Assembly: GCA_964035545.1 (NCBI GenBank)
Contig: OZ037772.1
Span: forward strand, 3,129,538 to 3,193,537
Origin: Bugula neritina
Taxonomy: Eukaryota; Animalia; Bryozoa
DNA length: 64,000 nucleotides
Reading direction: 5' to 3'
Part shown: one piece after another, positions 50,901-63,210 of the stretch
Layout: each line of letters starts with the position of its first letter
Position numbering within the stretch: the first letter of the stretch is position 1
Program-made: the position numbers and the translations under genes
Notes under the pieces: generated by a model
Database searches by the model: none
What the model was told of the DNA's origin: nothing
Seen by the model: only the letters and a program-made list of their open reading frames with translations

Positions 50901-52470
50901 CAAACAGTGTGAGATCTGCCAGGCCAGTAAGCATAGCCGCCCCCCTGGTGAAGCAGGACGGCGGAGGCTATATGCTGGTAGGCCCTGGCAAGTAGTCGCT
51001 GTAGACCTGGTCGGACCCATGCCCCTGACCCCCAGAGGCAATAATTGGATTCTAGTACTAACCGACCACTTTACTAGGTGGGCGGATGCTCTGGCTATCC
51101 CAGATGCATCAGCCCCAACAGTGGCCAGGGCGCTAGACCAACATGTATTCTGTTATTTTGGGCTTCCCGAACAGATACACTCTGATCAAGGCGCTCAATT
51201 CCAGTCTCAACTGATGAGCGACCTTTGCCACCTCTGGGGAGTAAATCAGAGCAGGACCACCCCCTACCACCCTCAAGGTAACGGGGTGGTGGAGCGCAAT
51301 AACCGGATGCTAGGTGATGCACTCCGGAGTCTCCTCCTTGGACGAGGTCAAGAGGAATGGGATACGGTGTTGCCGCAAGTCATGCGTGCATATCGTAGCA
51401 CCCCACACACCAGTACTGGTGAGACCCCAAACCTCTTGATGCTCGGGAGAGAGACTCGTGTCCCTGACCATCTCACCTATCACGTTCCAGAGCAAGACAA
51501 CTCGGTTCACGAGTATGCCAGTGAACTAGTGGAACGGATGAAGGCCGCACACGATATACTGCGTCAACAGCAGTGGAAGGTGCGGCACGAAGATTCCGAT
51601 GAACCCCCTCTCTATCAAAGGGGAGATAAGGTGTGGATGGTCAATTACCGTAGGCGCCGCGGACAGGCTGACAAGCTGAAGCCTAAGTTTGTAGGCCCCT
51701 ACGTGGTCGTCGAGGCTATGCCCAATCATACGTACAAGATTGAGCGCTCAGGACAGGTGTCTATCCAGAATGAGTCTCGCTTGAAACCGTATTGGGCTAG
51801 CCCTGACGGAGTGGGAGAAGCCCCCCCGTTGTTAGAGCCCAGGAGGCAGACAACGACGCGCGGGCGACGGCGGCATGGACCTGAATACGAAGTGGTCATA
51901 CCGCGGGAGGAAAACTTGGTGAGAGAGGAGCGGCAGCTTTTGTCAACAGAAGCGTGTCCGCCACCGCCAAGTCTAATTCCTTCACTTCCAGAAACCGAGC
52001 CGGTTCCGGAAGTGCAAACCCCCACGGAGGGAGGGGCTCCATCCGGAGAACAAGAAGAGGTGACCACTAACGGTGAAGTAGAGACGCCATTAGAGGCCCC
52101 TACTAACGAACCGGCAAGCGTGTCACCCCCCCTAGAAAGGGGACAGTGTACGAGGAAACCCCCACCGTATTTGAAAGACTTCATATGTGACTGCATTAGA
52201 AGCGGCGCACATGAAAGTCTAGGGGAAAACCGTACGATAAAATGTTGGAGTTGTGAACCCCACGCAAATATCAACTTTTGCGAGGGCGGAATAGTGGGAG
52301 GAATTAATGCGCGTAAAGCAAATAGTTCCGACCTCGTGCCTCAGAAACGATGCTCAGCCTTTTCTTATGCTGACATCGCCAAAGGCAGACTTATCTCACA
52401 ACCAGCTCCAACCTTACCAAGAACGTTGAGTATGGACATTAATACCGAGTTCCCAGGTAAGCCAGTATAA
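47850..52470 (+). pseudogene. pol: Gypsy pol (protease, RT, RNase H, integrase) with one extra G in the G9 run 48188-48196 and TAG at 50179-50181
   Basis: LLDSGC protease; LPFGL and YLDD RT; DTDAS and TDH RNase H; HHCC plus DLVGP/SDQG/VERNN integrase; ORFs 48184-50181 and 50227-52470 share a frame. Confidence 0.95.
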
Positions 52471-52487
52471 GTCTTGTATTCCTATTC

Positions 52488-53561
52488 ATGGAAACGGGCT
52501 CGATGCCAGTAAATTCTGAACTAATTCAGCAGATTGAATCAGAATTACTGGGAACCACGTTTCATGTGAATGACGATGAAGACACTGTAATGGCCGACGG
52601 TCTGTTAGACCTGGAGCTAGACACTGTTCTTGGTCAGTCCACACATGATTCATCAGTTCCTCGAGTGCATTCCAAAAGCTGTGACTCTCAGGCTAGCAAC
52701 GGTCGACAGTCACTAGAATTATGTTGTAAAGATCCACCGCGATCTAACAATAATTCTACTTTTGTAGACACACTCGCGCCCGTCTCTACGGGCATGCCTT
52801 CTCTAGAGATGGCATGGGACCCAGAGCCGGCCCCAACAACTCCTACCACCAGGCAACTGCCACCCCAGTTGGAAGCAACCTCCAACTGGATTACCCCTGC
52901 CACAGAGAGAGAAATCAGGACCCATCAAGGAGGTGAGAGTAATCGTGAATGCAACCTCTGCCAGCAGCGATTCACAACCCACCGCAGACTAAAGGTGCAC
53001 TTGCCGCAGCACTACATCACCACTTTCTGCCCTTGCGGAGAATATAGCTATAATCGTGATTACCTACTGAGGCACCAACGTACTATGCAGTGCTATCAAG
53101 GACATGTCTATGAAGTAGACGAATCATCATATCCTGCCTTTCTCAACGCCATCAAACCACTCATCACTGACTCAGCTCGGCTATCTCGCCTGGAGCAAGG
53201 CTTCCCTTCCCCGCGACCCATCATCTCTGGAGCCGCAGATAAACCTACACAGTCTGCTAACTCTCCACCTCACAGTCCTATACGCATGCCGCATACCTTT
53301 CCTCGTGTCGTACTACAGAGAGTAGACACAAATGCGTATACACTCCCTCCTCCTCTTCCATCCTCAGAGCGGAAACGACACAGGCAGCCAACTTCCTCTC
53401 GCTCGTCCCCCTGGGCCCGTAACCTACGTGAGGTAGAAGCTAGGGCGCATGACTTGGAGCAAGAAGTGTACAGGCTGGCCCCACGGGTACAGGCAGCCTC
53501 CAGTGAACTCAAATATTTACAGGAGTCTATTAAACGCATGAAGCGTGCGGCCCGCAGTTAA
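52488..53561 (+). CDS. Gypsy ORF3: zinc-finger / coiled-coil accessory protein (357 aa), not env
   Basis: Inside the LTR boundaries; CNLCQQRFTTHRRLKVHLPQH (C2H2) and CPCGEYSYNRDYLLRHQRTMQC (second finger); acidic N-terminus; RKRHR basic patch; C-terminal heptad helix; no signal peptide or TM segment. Confidence 0.8.
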   Translation: METGSMPVNSELIQQIESELLGTTFHVNDDEDTVMADGLLDLELDTVLGQSTHDSSVPRVHSKSCDSQASNGRQSLELCCKDPPRSNNNSTFVDTLAPVSTGMPSLEMAWDPEPAPTTPTTRQLPPQLEATSNWITPATEREIRTHQGGESNRECNLCQQRFTTHRRLKVHLPQHYITTFCPCGEYSYNRDYLLRHQRTMQCYQGHVYEVDESSYPAFLNAIKPLITDSARLSRLEQGFPSPRPIISGAADKPTQSANSPPHSPIRMPHTFPRVVLQRVDTNAYTLPPPLPSSERKRHRQPTSSRSSPWARNLREVEARAHDLEQEVYRLAPRVQAASSELKYLQESIKRMKRAARS

Positions 53562-53815
53562 CTCGAGTCTACCTACAACTCCCTACTACTCATTCCCCTA
53601 CCTCTCTCTGGCATTCCCTACCGTAATGGTGGCACGTACTCTATATGTAGATAGGACCTTCTCTTGCTTATTACTTAGTGCACGTTATATATACCTGTAT
53701 ATTTTACCAGTTGTTGTCTTTTTTTTTATATACTTTTATACTGTTCTCTTACCCCCCCACAACGAAGTATACGTTTTTATGTGAATCTTATTTTATCAGA
53801 AAGTGGGCTTTCTGC

Positions 53816-53827
53816 TGGAGGGGGCAG
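53816..53827 (+). promoter_or_regulatory. Gypsy polypurine tract
   Basis: TGGAGGGGGCAG before the 3' LTR. Confidence 0.8.
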
Positions 53828-54132
53828 TGTGGTGGCTCAAGGAGCTACCAGCAACACAATACGCGAGGTTGCATATTGACCCGGAACAATGTATTAGCCA
53901 ATTAGCTAAGCTGTTGTATTAGTAATAGTAGCCGCTTCGCGCTACTAGCTCAGTTGAGGATAGTGCTGTAAACTAAATAGACGTGCGTATCATTACTGTT
54001 GTACATTGGATTTTTATTATGTATTCTTGTATTAAATATAACGATATCTACTCGACTTAACTGGTGAAGTTTCTCTAGTGTTAAATAGACTCTCTTGGTG
54101 GCACATCAACCCTAAATCTGAAAACTATAACA
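53828..54132 (+). repeat. Gypsy 3' LTR
   Basis: Direct repeat of 46691-46995, followed by ATAT. Confidence 0.97.
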
Positions 54133-54262
54133 ATATTATGAAATAAATAATGTAGGATATTCAATTTTGACTATGTAGAATAATCTCAATCTGAATAAGT
54201 ATTATTTATTTATTGTAACACTTGCACTTCGTCTTACTCTTACTCTTAGACAGATAACATAC

Positions 54263-54569
54263 TGTTATAATTTTCAGATTTAGGGTTGATGTGCTATCCA
54301 GAGAGTCTATTTATCTATTATAGAACTGCACCAGGATAAGTCGAGTGAACGAGTATATTTTACACACAACTATACATTATAAAAACGCGATACATTATTC
54401 CCAAACAAGTTACACATCTAATCTATTTCACACTCTAGCTTCGACTGAGTTAGCAGCGGGAAACTACAATTGCTGCTAACTATCAACTACGCTAATTGGC
54501 TATCCATTGTTCCGGGTCAATTACGCGACCCTACATGTTGTGCTGCTGGTAGTTCCACGAACCACCACA
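54263..54569 (-). mobile_element. Solo LTR of a related Gypsy family, inverted
   Basis: Ends are the reverse complement of the adjacent LTR ends, with a diverged middle; own 4-bp TSD ATAC (54259-54262, 54570-54573). Confidence 0.92.
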
Positions 54570-54650
54570 ATACTCATAGTACATACTCATACTGGTAGTG
54601 ATACTCAATCCCATACTCAATCTCATACTGAGTCTGATACTCATAGTCAT

Positions 54651-56960
54651 AGTTATATTACTAGTTTATATTACCAAGTTATATTACCAAGTTATATTAC
54701 TAGTTTATATTACCAAGTTATATTGTTAGTTTATGTTACCAAGTTATATTACTGGTTTATATTACTAGTTTATATTACCAAGTTATATTACTAGTTTATA
54801 TTACCAAGTTATATTACTAGTTTATGTTACCAAGTTATATTACTAGTTTATATTACCAAGTTATATTACTAGTTTATATTACCAAGTTATATTACTAGTT
54901 TATATTACCAAGTTATATTACTAGTTTATGTTACCAAGTTATATTACTAGTTTATATTACCAAGTTATACTACCAAGTTATATTACTAGTTTATGTTACC
55001 AAGTTATATTACTAGTTTATGTTACCAAGTTATATTACTAGTTTATGTTACCAAGTTATATTACTAGTTTATGTTACCAAGTTATATTACTAGTTTATAT
55101 TACCAAGTTATATTACTAGTTTATGTAACCAAGTTATATTACTAGTTTATGTTACCAGTTTATGTTACCAAGTTATATCACTAGTTTATATTACCAAGTT
55201 ATACTACCAAGTTATATTACTAGTTTATGTTACGAAGTTATATTACTAGTTTATGTTATCAAGTTATATTACTAGTTTATGTTACCAAGTTATATTACTA
55301 GTTTATGTTACCAAGTTATATTACTAGTTTATGTTACCAAGTTATATTACTAGTTTATGTTACCAAGTTATATTACTAGTTTATGTAACCAAGTTATATT
55401 ACTAGTTTATATCACCAAGTTATATTACTAGTTTATATTACCAAGTTATATTACTAGTTTATGTTACCAAGTTATATTACTAGTTTATATTACCAAGTTA
55501 TATTACTAGTTTATATTACCAAGTTATATTACTAGTTTATATTACCAAGTTATATTGTTAGTTTATGTTACCAAGTTATATTACTGGTTTATAATACCAA
55601 GTTATATTACTAGTTTATATTACCAAGTTATATTACTAGTTTATATTACCAAGTTATATTACTAGTTTATGTTACCAAGTTATATTACTAGTTTATATTA
55701 CCAAGTTATATTACTAGTTTATATTACCAAGTTATATTACTAGTTTATATTACCAAGTTATATTACTAGTTTATGTTACCAAGTTATATTACTGGTTTAT
55801 ATTACCAAGTTATACTACGAAGTTATATTACTAGTTTATGTTATCAAGTTATATTACTAGTTTATATTACCAAGTTATATTACTAGTTTATGTTACCAAG
55901 TTATATTGTTAGTTTATGTTACCAAGTTATATTACTAGTTTATATTACCAGTTTATGTTACCAAGTTATAATACTAGTTTATGTTACCAAGTTATACTAC
56001 TAGTTTATGTAACCAAGTTATATTACTAGTTTATATTACCAGTTTATGTTACCAAGTTATAATACTAGTTTATGTTACCAAGTTATACTACTAGTTTATG
56101 TTACCAAGTTATATTACTAGTTTATGTTACCAAGTTACATTACTAGTTTATGCTACCAAGTTATATTACTAGTTTATGTTACCAAGTTATATTACTAGTT
56201 TATGTTACGAAGTTATATTACTAGTTTATATTACCAAGTTATATTACCAGTTTATGTTACCAAGTTATATTACTAGTTTATGTTACCAAGTTATATTACT
56301 AGTTTATGTTACCAAGTTATATTACTAGTTTATGTTACCAAGTTATATTACTAGTTTATGTTACCAAGTTATATTACTAGTTTATGTTACCAAGTTATAT
56401 TACTAGTTTATGTTACGAAGTTATATTACTAGTTTATGTTACCAAGTTATATTACTAGTTTATATTACCAAGTTATATTACTAGTTTATGTAACCAAGTT
56501 ATATTACTAGTTTATGTTACCAGTTTATGTTACCAAGTTATATCACTAGTTTATATTACCAAGTTATACTACCAAGTTATATTACTAGTTTATGTTACCA
56601 AGTTATATCACTAGTTTATATTACCAAGTTATACTACTAGTTTATGTTACGAAGTTATATTACTAGTTTATGTTACCAAGTTATATTACTAGTTTATATT
56701 ACCAAGTTATATTACTAGTTTATGTAACCAAGTTATATTACTAGTTTATGTTACCAGTTTATGTTACCAAGTTATATCACTAGTTTATATTACCAAGTTA
56801 TACTACCAAGTTATATTACTAGTTTATGTTACGAAGTTATATTACTAGTTTATGTTATCAAGTTATATTACTAGTTTATATTACCAAGTTATATTACTAG
56901 TTTATGTAACCAAGTTATATTACTAGTTTATATTACCAAGTTATCTTACTAGTTTATACT
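54651..56960. repeat. 2.3-kb satellite; 26-bp unit made of two related 13-mers (ttactagtttat(a/g) + ttaccaagttata)
   Basis: Direct reading. Confidence 0.97.
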
Positions 56961-57058
56961 GCTAGTATTCAACAACTACCCTCCAGCACATCTCAACTCT
57001 GACGCAACTAAACTGACTAATCATCTGAATAGTTTATAGTTTTTGTTGAACTCTTCAG

Positions 57059-57667
57059 ACCTCTGAGAACTGTGCGTATGGCTTCACCTGCGAGTGTGGT
57101 GCCTGTGTTGGGATATGTGACCTTGACAGAGACTGTGGGAAGCTGCTGATCTGTTTGGAGAAAAGATGTTATCAGCAGGCCTCACCAGATGACAGAACTG
57201 TTGTCTGGGATCTTTATCACTCTGAACTAGTAGAATGTTCTTCAGGTTTGAATACGAAATCGTTGACCTTTGCTCCATTGCAGTTTAAAAGTGTTGCTTT
57301 TTGTTGTACTTATATCTGTGCTGGCCAGGATTTTTGAATGATTTTTGTTATGTATTTACGTAACAGAGTGTAAAATTAAAGCTGAATTTGCTTTATTTTC
57401 TATATATTTTGTTTGTGATTATCAGCATTTTTATTTGTAGAGATAAAATTTATCAAAAGAGTTTCATACACTTGTATTTACTTAGACTCAGACTGTGTTG
57501 GTGTGTGTGTGGGGGGACTTTGCTCAGACACCTGCAAGTACGAGCTGTCATGCACACTTGGCAGGACGTGTCAAGGTGGCAGGTGCTTCTATCCGTGTAC
57601 TGACAACACAGCCTGTCCTAGTGATGGACAGATCTGTCACCATGGTGTCTGTAAAGCGGGCTGTCAG
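57059..57667 (+). other. Two orphan in-frame exons (57059-57245, 57486-57667) of a Cys-rich repeat extracellular protein
   Basis: AG/GT-bounded, phase-compatible, stop-free: CAYGFTCECGACVGICDLDRDC...CSSDSDCVGVCVGGLCSDTC...CPSDGQICHHGVCKAGCQ. Confidence 0.7.
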
Positions 57668-57696
57668 GTGAGTAGTCACTATGACTTATACTGTGA

Positions 57697-57795
57697 GTTA
57701 GTATAGTTACTCTGTTAGTATAGTTACTCTGTTAGCATAGTTACTCTGTTAGTATAGTTACTCTGTTAGTATAGTTACTTTGTTAGTATAGTTAC
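57697..57795. repeat. 17-bp minisatellite (gttagtatagttactct)
   Basis: About 5-6 copies. Confidence 0.85.
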
Positions 57796-58376
57796 AGTAA
57801 CAGTTTGCTAATCATAATAACTTTCACTGTTAGTTGCTCGACAAGATATTCTACATCTCTTGTAGCCACAACCAAAGTGGTGTCTATATATCCTGCTAGT
57901 GACTTGAGTAATGACTCATATGTAATTGTAGTTGATTACATATCTAATGTAATTGATTTTTGCAATTACTTTACAATTACATCTCAATTACATTAAACTT
58001 TTAAATCTTAAAATCTTAAGAAATTCATTCTTTTTTAACATGCGTACTGTTAAATAACAAGTACAGATTAAGTCAATGTAGTATAGTATCACTTTTGCGA
58101 ACAAAGCACGTTCACCCCTGTCAAAATTGCCCCTGCTAGTTGGACCCTAGAGGTGAAATTGCATAACTTCCATTTGTCCTTTGTGAGAACAAAAGTAATT
58201 GTAATTGTAATTATTTGCATTGCCATGTAATTGTAATTAATTGCTTTACAATGTAGTTTTGTACTGTAATTAATTACATTTATTTCAACTGTAATTATAA
58301 TTGTAATTGACAAATTCTCATGTAATTGTAATTAGTTACATTCACATGTAATTGACCCCAACAACCCTGGTTTATT

Positions 58377-61300
58377 ATGGAGCTCATACTTTTATTGTTC
58401 AAGGTCTAGATGTATTCTCCACCATGTTTTTACTAGAAGTAAACTTTAATTTGGTAATAAGTATAAAATAAACTGTTGTTTCGCATTGTAGAGTTTATTA
58501 TTGCCTGAATATTGTATTGAGAATATTGGCTTAACAATATCAGTGCAGCGATGTGATTGGCCTGACAATATCAAAGTAGTGATGTGATTGGCTACTCTGT
58601 TCTGTTTTGCAGGGCCATGCCTACTTGTATTATGTGTTAATCTTGTTTTGCAGTGAACAGAAAGGGGTAATGGGTCCCAAAAGACACCCGGGATCTTACC
58701 ATGGAGAGGAAGGGTTCACCCGATGTTGATGGCCTGCCTGGTATATCCGGCAATCCTGGAGATGCAGGAGAAAGGAGACCACCTTGTTTTTCAGGAGATA
58801 CCGGACTTTTTGGAGAACCAGGTAGTGTTTATGCTCAATTGAGTTTAATCTGTCAAGTTATGTTGGGATCTTTTTCGTTTTCGTTATTTTATGTTTGTTA
58901 CGTGGAAAAAGGAAAAAACTCTGTCTTGGAGCATTTTGGTTTTTTCAGAGAGCTTTGGATTATTTGATTATGGTCTACACAGGGGTGTAGACAAACTAAA
59001 CTAGACAGGGGTGTAGACAAACTAAACTAGACAGGGGTGTAGACAGACCAAACTACACAGGGCTGTAGACAGACTAGACTAACCAGTGGTCTAGATGGAC
59101 TAAACCTCCTACGAACTTACAATTACCTTGCGTCATTAGTCTCTATTCTCTCCTATAATTTGACCTTTATTTAGCGAGCAGATTTCTAGTAGGCTATTCT
59201 ATAGTGACCAGTCACACTGTTTATTATAGCAACATAGAAATCAAGTTGAAAACTAGTTGCACCTGTTGTGATGCTATCAATGGGTGCTTACCGGTAGAGA
59301 CGGAGTACCTGGACCTGTTGAGATAGGATATCAGGGTAAACAAGGAGATCAAGGTCCTGCAGCTAAGAATGAGGAGTTACTCGCCCTTGCTTGTGTATTT
59401 CTGTTCTTTTTAGGTATTCTATAATATGCTGGGGTTTCCCTCACAGCTATTATATATGCTGGAATTCCCCTCACACCTATGATATATGCCGGGGTTTCCC
59501 TCACAGCTATGCTATATGCTGGGGTTTCCCTCACAGATATGCTATATGCTGGGGTTCTCCTCACAGCTAGTCTGCACTAAGGCAGGGAGTAGGCTAAGTA
59601 ATCATATTGAATCCCAGCAGTGCTTGTTACTTCAACTGACAGGATTACTATGTATGATAGTTGCTCTGACTGGTTTCAATGGATCATTTTTACCATACTT
59701 TTTACCACATGATGCATTGTCTTAGTAAAAACAAGAAAACAAAGAAATATACCAGAAATGTTGAGAAATGTGGTGTTCCAGAATTAATAAATGACCACTT
59801 GTAATGCATACTGGTGCTGCTTGGTTCATAGGACCTGTCGAACAAGCTGGAGAACCTGGTCTGGATGGCAGAAATGGAAAGACAGGAGAAACTGCACGAA
59901 CTGGTATGCCTGGTCCAACTGGCTCAAGGGGGGTCACTGGAGAACCCGAATCTAATGGAAGGTATTTTTTGTGCTTTACTCTACCCTATTCAGCTTCTTG
60001 GAACTTTTTTTTTGATTTAGTTTTTATAATTTGTTGTCAATTTTTTCAGAGACGGTTTACCTGGTGTACTGGGTGCTGATGGTAGACCTGGGGAGCAGGG
60101 CGTTCAAAAATCTCCTGGCTCCATGGGTCCAGTGGGAATCCCCGGTAACCAGGGACCTGAAGGTGCTCAAGGAGACAAGGGTGATAAGGCAGGAACATTC
60201 TTTATTCAGTTTTCTATTTATTTCAGTTCTCTGGTTTTCCACTAGTCAATCTTTTAGTTGTTTATTTGTTTTAGTTTATTTATGTTAATACTAAAGTTGC
60301 TTCAGTGACATCACATGATGTAATATATTACACAACAATGCAGTATAATACACCATAATATAATATGTTATACAATACAATAATATTACAGAAAATATAA
60401 TTCACTAATATCTCACAGCTAAGTTGTGTCTCCTAAATATATTCATTACTATAGGGGCCAGCTGGGCCACAGGGTGCTTCTGGACCAACTGGATTGTCTG
60501 GGCCAACTGGTCCTCAGGGACCCCACGGAGCTTCCGGGAATTCCCGGCGAACAAGGACCTAAAGGTATGAATGAAGTTGAACCAATCTTTGTCCTTAGTT
60601 ATTGGCCATCAACAGAATCTTGACTCTAAGAGTTATCCTTCTTAGTAGGAAGGTAAGGCAACTCCTAACTCATGATAATATGAATATCATCTGCTGTTGA
60701 AAGACCCACTGGTTTCCAGGGACCTCAGGGATTGCCCGGAGCTCCTGTTATTGATGGTGAAAGGGGAGATGTCGGGCCAGTTGGTATTGCTGGACCACCC
60801 AGGCTACGGGGTTCTGATGGCAAACAAGGAATTACTGGTCCTCCTGGTGCTATGGGTGCTATGGGACCACCTGAACCTGATGGTGCTAAGGTAAACACTT
60901 ACACTGCTAACAGGTTATCGTTATTCATCTTGTTAGTTTAGTGGTAATAAACCAATATTCTGTATTTCTAGGGTGAACAAGGGAGAGATGGGGAAATGGA
61001 TAGTCCCGGTAGACCTGGACCTCCTGGTGAAGCCCCAGTATTTGGTTAGCTATTAGTAAAACCGAATCATTGTTCATTACTTGTATCTTTTTCATTTTCT
61101 TTCAGCTGTTTATTGGTAATCTTTTGCGAATTTCATCCATAGCCTGTGATTGAAGCTTTTATTTTATTCTACCATGGGTTATGTTAGGTGCGCCCCCTAT
61201 GATGATAAGTGCAATGATGTCCAACGGTAAAGGTGTACAAGCAGATGATGCAGGCGCCAACAATGAGCTCTATAATATGTACCTCAGTGAGTAATGGCCA

Positions 61301-61682
61301 TGATGTGCTTTGATGTTGCCTGCTTTGTAGTGGAAAGGCTCTTTTAAATGCTGTTTTGGAACTCAAATGATGGACTTGTTTCAAATTGTGTGTATGTTTT
61401 TGCAGACAAAAATTTTTATAATTTACTGTTAGAAACTATTGTAATAAAAATAAAGACAGCTGTTATAATGTATTTTTCCTCCTAGTATTGATGATTGACA
61501 TTCTTCCTTGATGAGTCACCTATTTAGTTCGTTTCTTCAGTTAAATGTTGCTACATTCTGACAGATTATATAATATTGGTTTCATTGCTGTTAGCTTACA
61601 TCACTACTTCCACCTTATGTTTCTAGAAACAAAAGTAAGGGACAGGTACAATCTATACTATATATTATATACTGTTTGTTAC
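58377..61682 (+). pseudogene. Collagen pseudogene segment, copy 2 (duplicate of ~15770-18925, lacking COLFI exons)
   Basis: Colinear exon and intron similarity with copy 1; Gly-X-Y remnants. Confidence 0.9.
59425..59568. repeat. 29-30 bp minisatellite (tatgctggggtttccctcacagctatgcta), 5 copies versus 2 in copy 1 (17028-17082)
   Basis: Direct reading. Confidence 0.85.
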
Positions 61683-61931
61683 TTTATATATTCCATAATA
61701 TCTACTGTGTATTATTATACTCTGTGATATCTACTGTGTATTATATACCAGCATTGAACTCTGTTATCTGCAACTATTTCTCCACGAATACTTTACATAG
61801 TTTGACTGTTCTAAGCAAAACTGCGAGTAATTGCAGTGTAACTGTACTGCAGTTTAAAGCTTTTTTTTTAAGATAAAGCTAAATCTTAGCCACTGTTATA
61901 GTGTAGATAGATGCTGCAGGTCTTTCAGTGT

Positions 61932-62130
61932 CTCACCTGCCTGCCACAGACCTGCCTCACCTGCCTGCCACAGACCTGCCTCACCTGCCCGCCACAGATA
62001 TGTCTCACCTGCCTGCCACAGATGTGCCTCACCTGCCCGCCACAGACCTGCCTCACCTGCCTGCCACAGACCTGCCTCACCTGCCCGCCACAGATGTGCC
62101 TCACCTGCCCGCCACAGACGTGTGTCACTT
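61932..62130. repeat. 24-bp minisatellite (ctcacctgcctgccacagacctgc), 8 copies
   Basis: Direct reading. Confidence 0.95.
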
Positions 62131-62765
62131 GCAGTAAATGGTAAATAGTATTATAATGAGTGTTAATGAGAGATGAGCTCCATTACATATAAATGTTATT
62201 AATTACATTTAATTAGGTTCTCACAGGGGATAAATAGAAGTTATAAAATCTTACTCCTGGGGTCCAACTATGTGAGGCAATTTTAACAGTAGCTAATCTT
62301 CTTTGTTCTCAGCAGTGATTACTAGTGGATACAAGACTGCATTGAATTATTCTGAACTTGTTTAAATAAATACTTGGTATAGTAGAAAAATTATAAATTT
62401 TGTTTTAAGATTTAAACTTTGAAATATAATAGATATGCAATTACGAAGTAATTTTAAAACCTAATTACATTTCTAGATGTGTAATATATGTTCTACAATT
62501 ACAGTTTTATACATCAATAACAAATTACATTAATTTACTTGAAAAAAAATAATTAATCACAGCTAATTACAAATTACATTCTCTCAAACTCTGGTGGTAA
62601 TGGTTAATAACTGGCAGACTCAAGTATCTGTGTGCAGAAGTTTTTAGGGCTACTGATGATATTTAAAAACATTTTCTATTTGGTTTTTCACACTTCTAAC
62701 TTTTGTCCACCATATTTAAGGGATAAGAGTATGAAAGCTGGTGTGTACTAAATGAAGTAAACTGA

Positions 62766-62768
<3 letters not shown>

Positions 62769-62815
<47 letters not shown>

Positions 62816-63018
62816 CATATATATAGATATATATACATTATATATATATAATATATATATAATAAATTATTATAATAATTATTATATATATATATATATA
62901 CATACATATATATAGATATATATACATTATATATATATAATATATATATAATAAATTATTATAATAATTATTATATATATATATATATATATACATACAT
63001 ATATATATATATATATAC

Positions 63019-63116
<98 letters not shown>

Positions 63117-63210
63117 CATATATATAGATATATATATACATTATATATAATATATATATATATATATATACATACATATATATATATGTATATATATATA
63201 CATTATATAT
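62769..63210. repeat. (TA)n compound microsatellite
   Basis: Direct reading. Confidence 0.97.

Larger units (their letters stand above)
46691..54132 (+). mobile_element. Full-length Ty3/Gypsy LTR retrotransposon with three ORFs
   Basis: 305-bp LTRs (46691-46995, 53828-54132) with TG...CA ends and 3 mismatches; TSD ATAT; PBS; PPT; PR-RT-RH-IN order. Confidence 0.98.

Noticed and set aside
52454-52532. Splice joining pol to ORF3 via CAG|GTAAGC
   Set aside because: The nearest acceptors (52529, 52532) give an out-of-frame junction
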